Below, in pieces: positions 51,630-64,000 of a stretch of DNA of 64,000 bases (its first letter is position 1; every line of letters begins with the position of its first letter). Below the pieces are notes generated by a model. That model had not been told where the DNA came from, searched no databases, and saw nothing but the letters and a program-made list of their open reading frames with translations. The stretch spans positions 291,054-355,053 of the forward strand of contig MNCI01001365.1 in NCBI GenBank assembly GCA_015680685.1. The letters run 5' to 3'. The stretch is from Gnetum montanum (lineage: Eukaryota > Plantae > Gnetophyta). The position numbers and the translations under genes were made by a program.

Positions 51630-54600
51630 TGTATTGGGCAGTTTTCCAAAGTAGTGCTTGAGATGGATGGCATTAAATGAGAACTTCAGGTTGGTTCCAT
51701 TCATGTTAGAGAGCTTATAAGTATCATCTGACACTTGTTGTTTAATAATGAATGAGCTTGTCCATTTGGGAGAAAACTTATTATGGTCATTTCTTTTTCT
51801 TGTGTTCAAAAGCAATACCAAGTTACCCACTTTGAATACCCTTTTTAAAGCTTTTATATCAAACCATCTTTTGATCTATGAAGCATTCCTTAACAAGTTG
51901 TCTTAGGCCCTATTAATCTCAACCTTTCTTTTGATAAGCAAAGTCTTGAAACTTCTATCTTTAGCTATTTTTTCATTGTGCTTTGGCATGAATTCTAAAG
52001 CTAAGGTTATGATTTTATTTGTGATCCTTGCTATCATACCATAGACTAAATTATAAGATGATATTCTAATAGATTTCTTAATTCTCATATAGTTTTTCCA
52101 TAAAGAAAATGGTAAATAGTTATGCCAGTTTCCAAGATTTCCTTCCATTAATATTTTAATGTATGAGATAAGATTCTTATTAGTAGACTTAGCTAATCCA
52201 TTTCATTAAGGGTATTAATTTGATGAGGAGAATAGAAACATAGATTTTTTAGAAGCCCATCTCATAAATTCCTCAAATTGAAAAGTAGGATCATTATCTA
52301 ATACTAATACTTCAAGCATACCAAAGCAAATCAGGATTTGATCTTCAAGAAACCTAATCATATTTGATGCTAAACTCTTCCTCAGAGCTTTTGCTTTTGA
52401 CCACTTGGTAAAATAGTCTGTAGCTATAAGTATATGCCTAGCTTTTGAAGGAGTAACTATGCCAACAAAATCTAAACACCACTGCTGAAATGATGTATCT
52501 GCAATAACTGGTTTTAAAGGAGTGCTAGCTTTTTTGATTTTTGGCACATGAATCTAACATTTGTAACAATGTTGGATCTTTGAACTTATATGTTGATACA
52601 TTTTTAGCCAATAAAATCTATAGAATAATATGTGTTGCATAGTAGATTTAGGGGAATCATAAAACAAGTTTGCATGATCATGAAACTGGTTCAATACGAG
52701 CTCAATCTGATCTTTCTTGACACATTTTAATAGAATCCCTCTAAAATATCTTCTATATAAAAGTCCACTTTTCACTAAGAACTTTTTTTTCTTTTAATGG
52801 AAAGTATTTCTTTTCCTTATTGTCTGATTATTCAGGACTTTCCTTGAGGTAAAAAAGTTCTAGGATTTCATCATACCAATTTCTGGTATGGAAGTCTAAC
52901 ACACAAACTTGAGCTTCCTTAGTCATTAGTTTGGCTAATTCCATTCCTTTAACAATTTTGCATAATTATAAGGAAAATTTAAATCTTTGGAGCTTAGCAA
53001 TTCAATTTCCTCTTTTTAAACTAATATCATTCTAAGCTAAGAATTGGTTAATAGTAGGCTTCATTATCATAGCATGGATCAAAGAACTCTCCAAATAATA
53101 TTTTAAATGAATCAACACTTTTATCATGGTGTATGCTTATTTTTTCAAATCTAAGGAGTTCAATTCAGAACCTTTAAGTTGGTAACAAAAGAATTCTATT
53201 AGTTCATCCTCACCATTATTTCTCAATAGCAATCGAATCACTAGAAGCAAAAGTATATAGCCAGAAATCTTCTTTTCATTTTGGTCTAGCTAAATATGAA
53301 GCTTCTTGAATAGTGTTTTTAAATTTCATTAAATATTTTTCTTATTTCAACATTTTCTTAACGTGCACATCCTTTTTGAGCATGCACATCAAAAGTTTGT
53401 TAATCTCAGTAAATCCTAGTATAAACTTCTTAATAAAATTTATTTTTCCAAAGAAAGATTGAAGGAAATTTTTGTTGGTTGGATGTTCAATATTTTGGAT
53501 CACTTGAATCCTTGCATCATCTATTGCTATACCTTTTTGAAAAATTATATGTCCTAATAAGCTTCTAGACTTTACTTCAACAATGCTTTTCTTAGGATTT
53601 GAGGAAATGTCATACTCTTGGCATCTATTAAAATTTTATTGAATGTGATTGATATGATCTTCTTCTCTCTTTGAATAAATATTAACGTCATCAAAATAAA
53701 TCATAATGAAAATTTTAATTAAACCTTTATAAGCTATTTCCATATCTCATTTGAAAGTAGCTCTAGCATTTGAAAATCCAAAAGGCATCCTCTTTGGTTC
53801 CCCACTTTGTAATGAAAACTATCTTATATTTGTCATTTTTGTCAACCATGATCTAATTATATCCTTAAAAAACCATCCAAAAAAGAGTATACTTGATATC
53901 CTAATACCTGAATTAGCATTTCACCTATTCTTGGTAGTGGATATCTATCCTTTTCTAAAGCGTAATTCAAATTTATGAAATCAACACATAGCCAAATATC
54001 ACCATTCTTTTTCCTCATAGGAATTAGATTAGCTAGCGAGATGGAATTTTAGATAGGATATATAATTTTAGCTTGTAGTAGCTTTTTAATTTTAGCTTTC
54101 ATTGTTGGTTCAAACATTGGATTAATTTTCCTCTATTTTTACTTAACAACTTAATAATCTTTAACCAATGGAATTTTGTAAGTCATCATACTAGGTTTAA
54201 ATATTCTAAGATCATCATGCTACCATATAAAATTATCTAGATTATTCTTTAGCAAAGATAATAATTCCTATCTAAAAACTGAGTCACTTCCTTGTATAAT
54301 ATTCAATATCTTTAGCTTTTCTTTGGATCCTAAATTTATTACTTAATAAGCTTGATCATCTGGATTTTTCATGTTCATTCCTTTAAATAGCCTTTTGCTA
54401 AACTCATACTCATAATCAACTACCTTCTTGGGAATAAATTTGATCTAAACTTTTATGTAGCTTCTTGTTCAAACATAATTCTATTTTCAAATTCTTCCTT
54501 TTTCTTCATGAATATGAGAAATTGATCATCATTTTCAAAAACTTGGAAGTGCTCCACATTATATGGGATGGAAAGATAATTTTGAATCTCAATTACAACT

Positions 54601-56900
54601 CTTTTATATTGTTCAATCCTTAAGGGATCTAATGTTGAGGATGCTACTACTAGATCATCTACTAGTTGGTTGTCTTCTCTAATATATGCTTTTTTGATAT
54701 TGCTAAAATTGGTCTAAAAAGTTATAGAAGAGTTGTTTCTATGGCATCATGGATGAATGTTTTACAATACATTCACCTTTAACCTATTCACAAATAAGTC
54801 TGGAATCTCCTTTAATTAAATTCTTTTAATCATTTTTTCTAGAGCTTTTCTGATTCTGATATATAGGGCTTCGTATTCAATCTTATTATTTGTGCAAGGG
54901 AATGATAGATGAAAAAATTTATTTATTTTTTTGAGAATTATATTTTACAAACACTATTCTATTTTTGGCTCCTTTTAAATTGCAAGACCAATCAAAATAC
55001 AATTCCCATTTTCCTTTCAAATTTTTCTTTTCTCTAGGACTTGAATTTCTATGAGTGAACATGCTCCTATTTCAATATCTTTTATCTTGATAACTTTGTT
55101 CTTCACATATAAAGTAATGTTCTTGAATATTAAGGGCTTGCTATATATGTAGATTTGATTAGGCTTTCCTTTCCATGGTAGCCACATGCATGAATAATCT
55201 ATGGATATATATTCGAAGAAATTTTTGCTCCATCTTTGACTTAATAAGAGACTATATGAATCTAGGATATCAACTAGAATTATTACTATACTCTTAATGT
55301 GAGGTTCTGAAACAATTTGAAGTAATACATTTGGTAATTATCTTGCAATTTTCATCCCACTTTTATCTGCTTGGATAATATTTATGTTGGACTATTTTGG
55401 TGATAATCCTAACTACTTACAAATGCATAACAACATAATGGTTGATGAATATTTTGAATCAACTAAATAATTATGTAGGTATTTATCATTCAACTTCATT
55501 GTAAGAAGAAATGGAAGAGCTTCTTTGTTAGGAGTACAAGGGTATTTAGCTTTTCCTATTTTATTGTCATTGCAAATGTAGCTTAGTTCAAATTCTTCAA
55601 CCTTCTTCTTAACCTTGATTAGGTCTAATTGTTTTTTTTTTTTTGCTAACTTTCCATTTGTAGTATCTAATATATACTAATTTTTGCTCTAACATGCTTA
55701 ATATATTCTATTAAATCATATTCTCCATTTCCATAAAAGCTTAATTTCCTAAATCACATATTGGACAACTACTTTTGAGAATTTTTGTCTATCTGTGTAT
55801 CCTTTTTTTTTTTGTTCTTTTATTTCTCATTTAGTTCAAAAGCCTCTATTTTGATGGAAGGATCAGAAATGACATTTGAAAACTTGGAGGGGTTTAATTT
55901 TTCTTTCAACCTTATGTTTTATTTAGATCCATCATTATTTTTGCATTCCTCATTTGAAGATGAATCTTCTTCCAAACTTGAAAAAGAAGAAATGTCACTT
56001 CATTCATTTTTAAATGATTTTCTAGTGTAATGAATACAAGATAACTCATTATCAGATTCAATATCTACAAAATTTGAGATAAATACATTATCAACATCTT
56101 CAAAATATGCTAATTTAGTATCCATTTGATGTTTATGTTTCCTATGCTTCTTTTCTTCTTTTATGCTAACTTTAGCTAGGACTTTCTCAAACTTGAATAC
56201 TTTGTTGGATAATTCCTTGATTATCTTACCTTTCTTAGAATCTTCTTAAGAATTTTCTTTTTCTTAATCTTAATATTTTTTGGTATTGGAAGGTCTAGGT
56301 AATGCTTTGAACTAAGCCATATTTTTTACAAGGACCATTTCTTTTTCTTCACTTTTTGGTGTTCTAACAATTTCCTCATTAGCTAAATTTAGCTAATTTT
56401 GTAACTGAGTAAACTCATTAAATAAAACATTCATGGTTGCCAAATTTGGAGTCCTTCTTAGCTAGATTGAAATGATTATATTGATACCATTTAAGTGTCT
56501 CTAGGCATTTCTTCTAAAGGTTTGTATCACCTTTGAAACAATCCACAAATTCATAGGAACTTAATGTTAAATTCCCTAACTAATTATTTAGACACTTTTT
56601 TGGCTTGGACTAATCCATAATATAACTATTATTAATTGATTTGATTATCAAACTAAGCTAAGAATATATTTTTCATGACATCATAGCTAGTGACACAGTT
56701 ATTCAATAAGTTAGAATATTAAATTTAAGCCATATCTTTCAAGTTTTCTATTAATAGCCTACAAGCTTGATCTTGATGTTGAATGTTTGCGTGAGCTAAG
56801 ACTAATTTGAACAAATGGACATATTCTTTGGCTAAATGGATTATATGTTATCTGTGCAATCTAACCTTTCATCTAATGCTAAGCACAATTTCACAAAACC
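51630..56900 (-). pseudogene. Disrupted gag-pol of the Tat element
   Basis: Protease NYLVDS (~55460). aRH WELYFDWSC..PCTNNKIEYEAL (~54640-55010). RT MPFGFSNARATF..YFDDV (~53690-53790). RH ~52950-53280. Integrase ORFs 52554-52775, 52215-52547 (WCLDFVG..ATDYFTKW), 51903-52148 and 51627-51830. Confidence 0.85.
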
Positions 56901-58149
56901 TATTATCAATCTTTCCTAGAGAGAAAATTCCACAAGAAAATTAGAAATAGAGCAAGATTCAATGGATTTTAGAAGGTAAAATTGTAGAATTGCATAGAAT
57001 CTTAAACATTAAAATGAGATACTATTGACATGAGTAAACACTTTGGGAAAATAAAGCTCTTCAAGTTAGTCAACAGTGCCAAAAACTATTAAACCCTTTG
57101 GCTCAAATAGGCAATTTAGAATAGGCTATTTTTGACATGAACAAGAAATCAAAGCTATTTTAAAATAGTAGAAAAATGACAAAAATTGATAAACCTAGAG
57201 CTATACAAGTGATTTAAAAAATTCAAAGAATGAGATGCCACACACAATATAATCTTCACCACTAGCTAAGCACCTATGATTAATCTAGAAAATAAGGATT
57301 AACTTGCAAGACAAAAGTATATTAGCTGAATCAAATATGAAGTTAGAATGCCATCATACAAGAAATTTCTCCTAGCTTTTCCAGTATTCTTCCTTCTAAT
57401 ACCTATGATTTTCAACAAATTTTCTTTGGTCTTTATATAGTAGCCTTTGGACATTATAATTATTATGAATGTTAAAGCTCCACATTTCACATTTTCCACT
57501 CATATAATTGCAAGTTATTGGATAGTTACCCTCGTTCTTTGAATCTAGAGCCCTTCTATTGCTAACTATTGATCTAACCTTCCATGATCATAAAAAAATT
57601 TAAAAGCTTAATTCACAAATCTGGATCATCACTATCAAGCTTCTTTAATAATTTTTTAAGTGCTTTTTTCTCTTGCAATCACTTTAGTAAGGAAATTTGT
57701 TGAAACCATTAGAGTAGCTCCCACATTGGCTCGAACTTTCTTAAATTCAAGATTCCTTCTTAGTGACTTTAGCCATAATGCTAGTAACTATCACGATATT
57801 TGATGTGCTAAAGTAATAGCTTTTTGTTAGCTCTTCAATTCCCATCCCTCTTTGTTTTATAACTTATTTTCCTCATGATGGCTCTATGCTTTAATGATGG
57901 TTCTACTTGTAGCTTGCTATTTAACACTATTAAAGATTAAGGAGTAATGAGTGTAGCTTTCTTTTAGCACTATCATTAGATTTAGAGGTGAAACTAGAGC
58001 TTATTCATGGAACTTTTTCTAGCTTTATGAATCCATGTCTTCAAAGTAACTGATATGAAGAACTTTCAAATATCTCAATGCCAATGTACTGGATAAATTT
58101 CTAAGCTTTTTTGTAAAGCTATTATTTGAATACATGAGTTTTCTTTTTT

Positions 58150-59980
58150 AGATAAGTTGACATGACAAGGCTAAAATGCTAGAGATGAAGATCATCAGAG
58201 CTATTGTGGCAAATGAAGATTATTTAGATGAAATTTAACCATCTAGATGAAAATGCTCATAACTTAAATTTCCATAGAGTCCAAATGGTGGTGTTACATA
58301 ACAATGATATGGCAAAGCATGTTGGGCTCTACTAACATGACATATGAAGTTTTGGTTGTTCAAAGCTTAAGAATATTCATATAGATGTTGACATGATGTG
58401 ACGCTAACATCGCATATGATGCTATTTAGATGGAATTTTTCCATCTATATGTAACTGTGTGCTTCATCTATTTGTTGATGTGGCAAGGCTAACGTGGCAT
58501 ATGAAGCATGTTTACTTTAGATGGATAGATGTGCTTCATCTTGCTACTAATGTGGCTCATAGAACAAAAAGATGAGCTTGTTGTAGAACTAATTTTTTAT
58601 TTTAGAACTTCATTCTACTAAAGAGCTAACATGGATGGGCTACTTTGTAAATCCAAAGCCTTTATAATTTCATTGGAAGGAGTTGACATGGTAGAACCAA
58701 TTGTGAATTTTTTCATAGAATCAAATTTTGACTTTATGTACTACCTCTATGTGTTGATGTATCATGTCACAATGAGCTTGGTTGACATGGAAGAGCTTCT
58801 TTGTAAAGTTGATTTTTTAACTCTATGTGTTGACATGGTGGGGCACAATGAGCTTGGTTGATGTAGAAGAGCTTCTTTGTAAAGCCAATTTTTTGACCCT
58901 ACAAGTTGACATAGAATAGCTATGGCATGGCATGATGTGAATGTGATAGAGCTCTTTCATAGAATTAAATTTTGATTCTATGAATTGGTTCTATAAGCTA
59001 ACTTGGCATGTGCTAATGTGGTTAAGATTTGAATTCTAGTAAATTTGTAGATAAAGCTTTTCACTTATCACAAGCTCATAAATATTCATCTAGATGATAA
59101 CATGATAGGTGTTGACATAGAAAATTAAGTATTTTTACTCTAGATGAGAATATAAGCTTAATTTATTTGCTAATGTGTTAGAATTTTGATGTGGTAGATG
59201 TAGTCACATATGTTGAAATGGTAGAGTGTACTTGTAGAATAGAAATTTGGTTCTACAAACTAACTCTATGGGCAAGCTAACATGCCAAATGCTAACATAA
59301 TAGAGATTCTTCATAGAACTAAATTTTGATTCTACGAACCAACTCTACAAGCTAACTTGGTGTAATGCTAATGTGGCATGGTTCATTGAATTGCACTAAT
59401 GTGACATGGTTCATTGAATGGCACTAATGTCTCAAAAATTTGGTTCTACAAACTTCCTCTATGAGCTGATGTGACACAACGTTGATGTGGTAGAGCTTTT
59501 TTGTAGAGCTATTTTTAAATCCTATAAGCTTCCTCTATGAGTTGATGTGAAAGGGCACAATGAGCTTATTTTATAATGCTAAATTTTAGCTCTACAGACA
59601 TCTCTCATTCTTCTATAGTTGACTTGGCAAAAGCGCTAATGTGGCATAGGTGTTTCGTAGAGCCTTTTTTAGTTCTATGTGCTTCCTCCATGTGTTCATG
59701 TATTAGGAATTGTTTCAGCTACTTTATAGAGCTTCTTAATAGAATAGTCTTTAAGCCCCATGAACCTTCTCCACAAGCTTACATGGTAAGTGTACTAAAC
59801 TACTTTCTAAACTCTATAGGTATTTTTCCACCTAATAAAGCCATTGTGATAAAACTAGAAGAGCTATTCTTATAGAGCCATTTCTAGCTTCATGAACTTC
59901 TTCTATGAGCTAATGTGGTAGGGCTAGTTTTCACACTCTTCATTAAACCAAAATTTTTCTATACAAGTTGATGTGTCAGC
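58150..59980. repeat. Degenerate tandem array in the 5' UTR of the Tat element
   Basis: Recurrent G(T/C)TGA(C/T)(A/G)TGG..AGAGCT..TAGAA..AAATTTT..CTA units. One period measures 76 bp (58770 to 58846). Confidence 0.75.
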
Positions 59981-62900
59981 ATGCTTTAACCCTTCTTGGA
60001 TTTAGCTCAAGCTCCTTTTTCCTCAAACAAAGGTTTTCCTTAGTCCTCAACTATTTTTTATAATACCAATTGAAACTATTCTTTGAGGTCTACAATTTCA
60101 TCTTTGACATTCTTACTTTACTAGTAGGTAGAAAGAGTACATGTTTAAGTCAATTAGGACTCATATGAGATCTAAATTCAATAGCTAACATAATTGATCT
60201 ATGCAAAGTTAGAATTAATTTGAAACCCTAGCTTTGAAACTTTATGATCTTAATAGAGCAAGATATTTTGGGATTGCTCACTTAGCTTTATAGCATCTCT
60301 ACTAGGACTTTTCCTGAATTTTATCTTTGCTTCAAGCATGCTTCCACATGAACATGGTGTAACAAAATTTACTTAATTTCATCACAAATATAATTTTTTT
60401 CTAGAAGTTATGGGAATTGTGCAGAGAAATAACCTTAATAGTTCAATCTCCATTGTTGTTTCATAATCTCTTTTACAAAAACCTCAAAATCTCTTTCACT
60501 CTTGTATTTGAGCTTTTACTTTCAAGCTTAAATTCTGCACTTCATTCATACTACAGCTCCTACCAAACTTAGCTTTAAGCTTTTCCAACTTAAAATCACA
60601 ATTAGGACATGATCTTTCCATTCAATTAATTATAAGTCCCAAATGACTCTGAAATATAGAGTCCCTTTCTTATACAGGGTTATATTTGATCTAAGAGCTA
60701 TCTACAATTCTTTAGTTCGACTATCTTAAGCCCTACTTCATGAAATGGATAAAATGTAACAACTACTACATGAATAAAAATTTTAAATATTTCTTAACAA
60801 AATTGTGAGACTTGCATACAATGTAAGAAAACAAATTCTTCTTACAACTCTCACATGATAAAGAAGAAAAAACCATTTGATCTTCTACACATGGATTTTG
60901 TTAGGTCAATTTCCATTATTTCAATAGGAGGGACAAACTATTTCATGGTTATAGTAGATGACTACTCAAGATACACTTGGGCTTATAATTTGAAGCAAAA
61001 GAATGAAGCCATCAAATACTTTAAAATTTTCCACAAACTGATTAAAAACTTAGTGAATATCAAGATTAAGATGATCAAATCCAACAAAAGAGGTGAATTC
61101 ATAAATAAAGAATTTGACAATTTCTATAAAAAAATGGTATCTTTCATCAAACCACATGTGGATATAGCTTGTAATCAAATGGAAGAGTTGAAACAAAGAA
61201 TAGAATAATATAAGACATGACAAGATGCTTAGTAAAGCATTCCTCACAACTTAACCAATATTGGAGTATGAATATCATAGCTTCTTATGAAATTTCTAAT
61301 TGAATATTTGTCATAAGTAATGAATATAGATATGCATATGAAGTTCTATATAACAGAAGTTCTAGCTTGAGTCATATGAGAATATTTGGATTTCATTACT
61401 ATGTAAATACTCCAAAACAATTCATTGATAAACTTGAAGAGAGAGGTAAGAAACGTATCTTTCTTAGTTATGATTCTCATGCTAGTGGATATAGGTGCTA
61501 TGATCCAATGAATCATAAATGACATGTTTCAATAGAATATTTGATAAGACAAAGTTGGATACAAGTGATTTTTTTAAAGTAAAAGAAATTAGACACATAT
61601 CAAAGTTTAAAACCTTAGATTCAAAAACACCATTCTTGCATTGAAATGCTAGACACAAATTTTGAAAGAAGAACTTCAATATCTCATAATATTACAAATA
61701 TGGCATATTCAACAATCTTAAGTAAACCAACCAATGTCAATGAATCCCTGAAATTAGAATTTTAGAATGAAGCCATGGAAAAAGAGTACAATGTCATCCT
61801 ACAAAATAAAACATGGTAATTTGGAGACAAAGTAAAAGATAAAAAGGTTATTGATTACAAGTGGCTGTAAAAACAAAGTACAATGAGAAAGAAGAATTCA
61901 CAACATAGAAAGAAATTGTTATGACAAGATGATTCAAATAAAAGAAATACACTAACTATGAAGAACTCTTTGCTACAATGGCTAGGTTTAAAACCATCAA
62001 GCTCATTCTCTCCATAGTAGCATATAAAGATCTAAAGGTTTAACAAATGGATGTTAACATAGAATTTATAAATAGATACATCAAAGAATAAGTATACAGC
62101 TACTAGCTTGAATGTTATGTTATCAAAGGAAAAGAGAACAAATTATGAAACCTCAAGAAAGCTTTTTATGGCTTAAAGCAAGCACCGAGGGCATGGTTCT
62201 AGAGAATTAATGACTATCTCACTAGAAAGAATTATCAAGATTTCATGTTTAAATAAACACTATATTTTAAGAATGAAGAAGATGAATTTATCATCATATC
62301 ACTATATGTAGATGACATTATCTTTATTGCCATCAATAAAAGGCTCACTAAAGATTTCAAGAATGACATGGAAACTGAAGTTGAAATGAAGGATCTTGGA
62401 GACCTTAAATAATTCCTAGGAATAGACGTGAACTAAGATAAGGAGGGAATGAAGATTCATCAAATCAAATACTTAAATTCCATCATTGAAAAATTTAATC
62501 TAAAGAATTAAAATCCAGTCAGTAATCCTTTGTAATATAGTTTAAAGTTAAGTAGTAAATATAAGACTTTTCTCATAGATGCATCCATGTATAGAATCAT
62601 GGTTAGACCACTTCAATTTCTCTACCAAAAAAAAACTAGATTTGAGATATAAAACATCATCCTTATCTAGATTCATACAAGAACTAAGATAATCTCACAT
62701 GCATGCACTTGTGCATATCCTCAAGTATGTAAAAGGAACTTGTAACTTTGGGATCCAATTCAATAAAGGAAATAATAAGCTTCATACATGTTCAAATGTT
62801 GATTGGGTAGGAGATAATGATAGAAGCAAATTTATATTAAAAGATCTCATTATGCATAGAAAAAAATCCAATATACTTGAAATCAAAGAAACAATCATTT

Positions 62901-63403
62901 ATCAGAATATCTAGTTGTGAAGCAGAATTTATTGCCATGGACAAATGCCTCCAGCACATATTCTAGCTATATAAACTTCTCTTACGCTTAGTATTCAAAG
63001 GTAATCTTCCTATAAATTTGTATTATGATAATATAGTAGTAATTCAACTATCCCAAGGCTATGTGCATCACAAAAAATTTAAAGACGTTGACATCAAGTA
63101 TTATTTCATCAAGTAAGAAGTGAAAAAAGGAACCATCAAACCCATTCACATTAGTTCAAATGAGAAACTTGATAACTTATTAACAAAACATCCTTTGTCT
63201 CATAGGATCAATTGCCTTAATGATTCTATTTTTAATTCAGAACATGATACATAATGAGAAAAGAAAAGATGAAGAATGAAGATTACCTTTTAATCCAAGG
63301 AGGGATTGTTGATTTTTTAGAGTAGAAGACTAATTTTTAATTTTTATTATATAATATGAGTTTATTTTAATAAAATATAGAATTTTTTGAATTTATGAGT
63401 AGT

Positions 63404-64000
63404 TGTAATACTATTTTGGCCTCAATCCATATAGATGGCGGAGATTTAATTTTTTAGCCGTTGCAGCTGCGTTCCCGTTTCACGACGACGCCGCGGCGGA
63501 CATTGATGTAGCGCATCTTCACGGCGAGGCTCAGCGTGGCATTCATGCTCAGCACCTCCTTCACCGGTTCCTGGTACCAGTGTCAGAACTGTTCTAATGC
63601 GCAAATCTCTGCATCGGCCGTTGGGGTTTCTGCTCCTGTTTTGAAGCTTTTTGAGTTCTGAACGCGGCGTACAACCCGCTGGCAGATCCGGCTCTGCTCA
63701 GGGCTGATCTGTCAGCTCCGGCCCTGCTCAGGGCAGCTTCCGGCCCTGCTCAGGGCTGATTCCGCCCCTGCTCAGGGCAGATCTGTCAGTTCTGGCTCTG
63801 CTCATCATGGTTGCGGGGGTTTCAAGAGGGTTTCCAGAGTCCTGGTTGCAGATCGGTGTCCGGAATGCGCGCGTCTTAGGCGTGGGCTAGTCACAAAGAT
63901 GGATTCATCAACTTCTGCATTTCCCCAGGGAAGTTCATCTGCCTCACCTTCACTGGATTTTCTTTACCCAGATGATCTTTTTGAAGCAGTCTCTAAAGAT
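63404..64000. mobile_element. CpG-rich, apparently young insertion into copia 2 3' LTR (probable LTR), running off the window
   Basis: Similarity to the 5' LTR stops at ~63400. New sequence starts TGTAATAC and GC/CpG content rises sharply. CC(G)GCCCTGCTCAGGGC repeats at ~63688-63805. Confidence 0.55.

Larger units (their letters stand above)
48997..60764 (-). mobile_element. Degenerate Ty3/Tat element with domain order gag-PR-aRH-RT-RH-INT (TatII-like)
   Basis: LTRs 48997-49722 and 60071-~60764 are colinear. PBS remnant TGGTATTA ~60061-60068. PPT AAAAAGGAGGGCAAGAAA ~49723-49740. No clean TSD. Confidence 0.87.
46264..63403 (+). mobile_element. Ty1/copia element 2, decayed, interrupted by a Tat element; 3' LTR interrupted
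   Basis: 5' LTR 46264-47141. PBS TGGTATTGAAGC 47144-47155. gag FDGSQDFCLWKRMM (ORF 47143-47427). Pre-integrase LWYGRLSH (~48648). INT LLHMDF..IVDDYSRYTW (ORF 60855-61208). RT LYVDDI (~62302). RH to ~63230. PPT AAGGAGGGAT and 3' LTR start at 63307 matching 46264. Confidence 0.88.

Overview
AT-rich, CpG/CHG-depleted plant intergenic DNA made up almost entirely of nested, decayed LTR retrotransposons. I see no intact host gene. A PR-aRH-RT Tat element hints at a gymnosperm host (inference). Contents: a full-length degenerate Ty3/Tekay chromovirus (2345-11808, -); a Tat pol relic (~12.0-14.45 kb, +); two Ty1/copia elements disrupted by later insertions; an Athila-like gag+protease-only element with related LTRs; a Tat element with its extra RNase H placed before RT (48997-60764, -); and two N gaps. 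The standout is a non-autonomous LTR family present as three independent insertions (15040-20084 -, 24919-30731 +, 33032-45410 -), each with its own TSD, ~575-bp LTRs (shortened by deletions in copy 1), a tRNA-iMet PBS and Tekay-like ends. It has no recognisable gag/pol. In all three copies it carries a 5S-rRNA-derived Pol III internal-promoter segment, a second internal PPT-like motif and an apparently intronless CCR4-type EEP deadenylase gene. Each copy is individually inactivated, but together they retain every catalytic motif. All protein calls come from motif recognition by eye; no searches were run.
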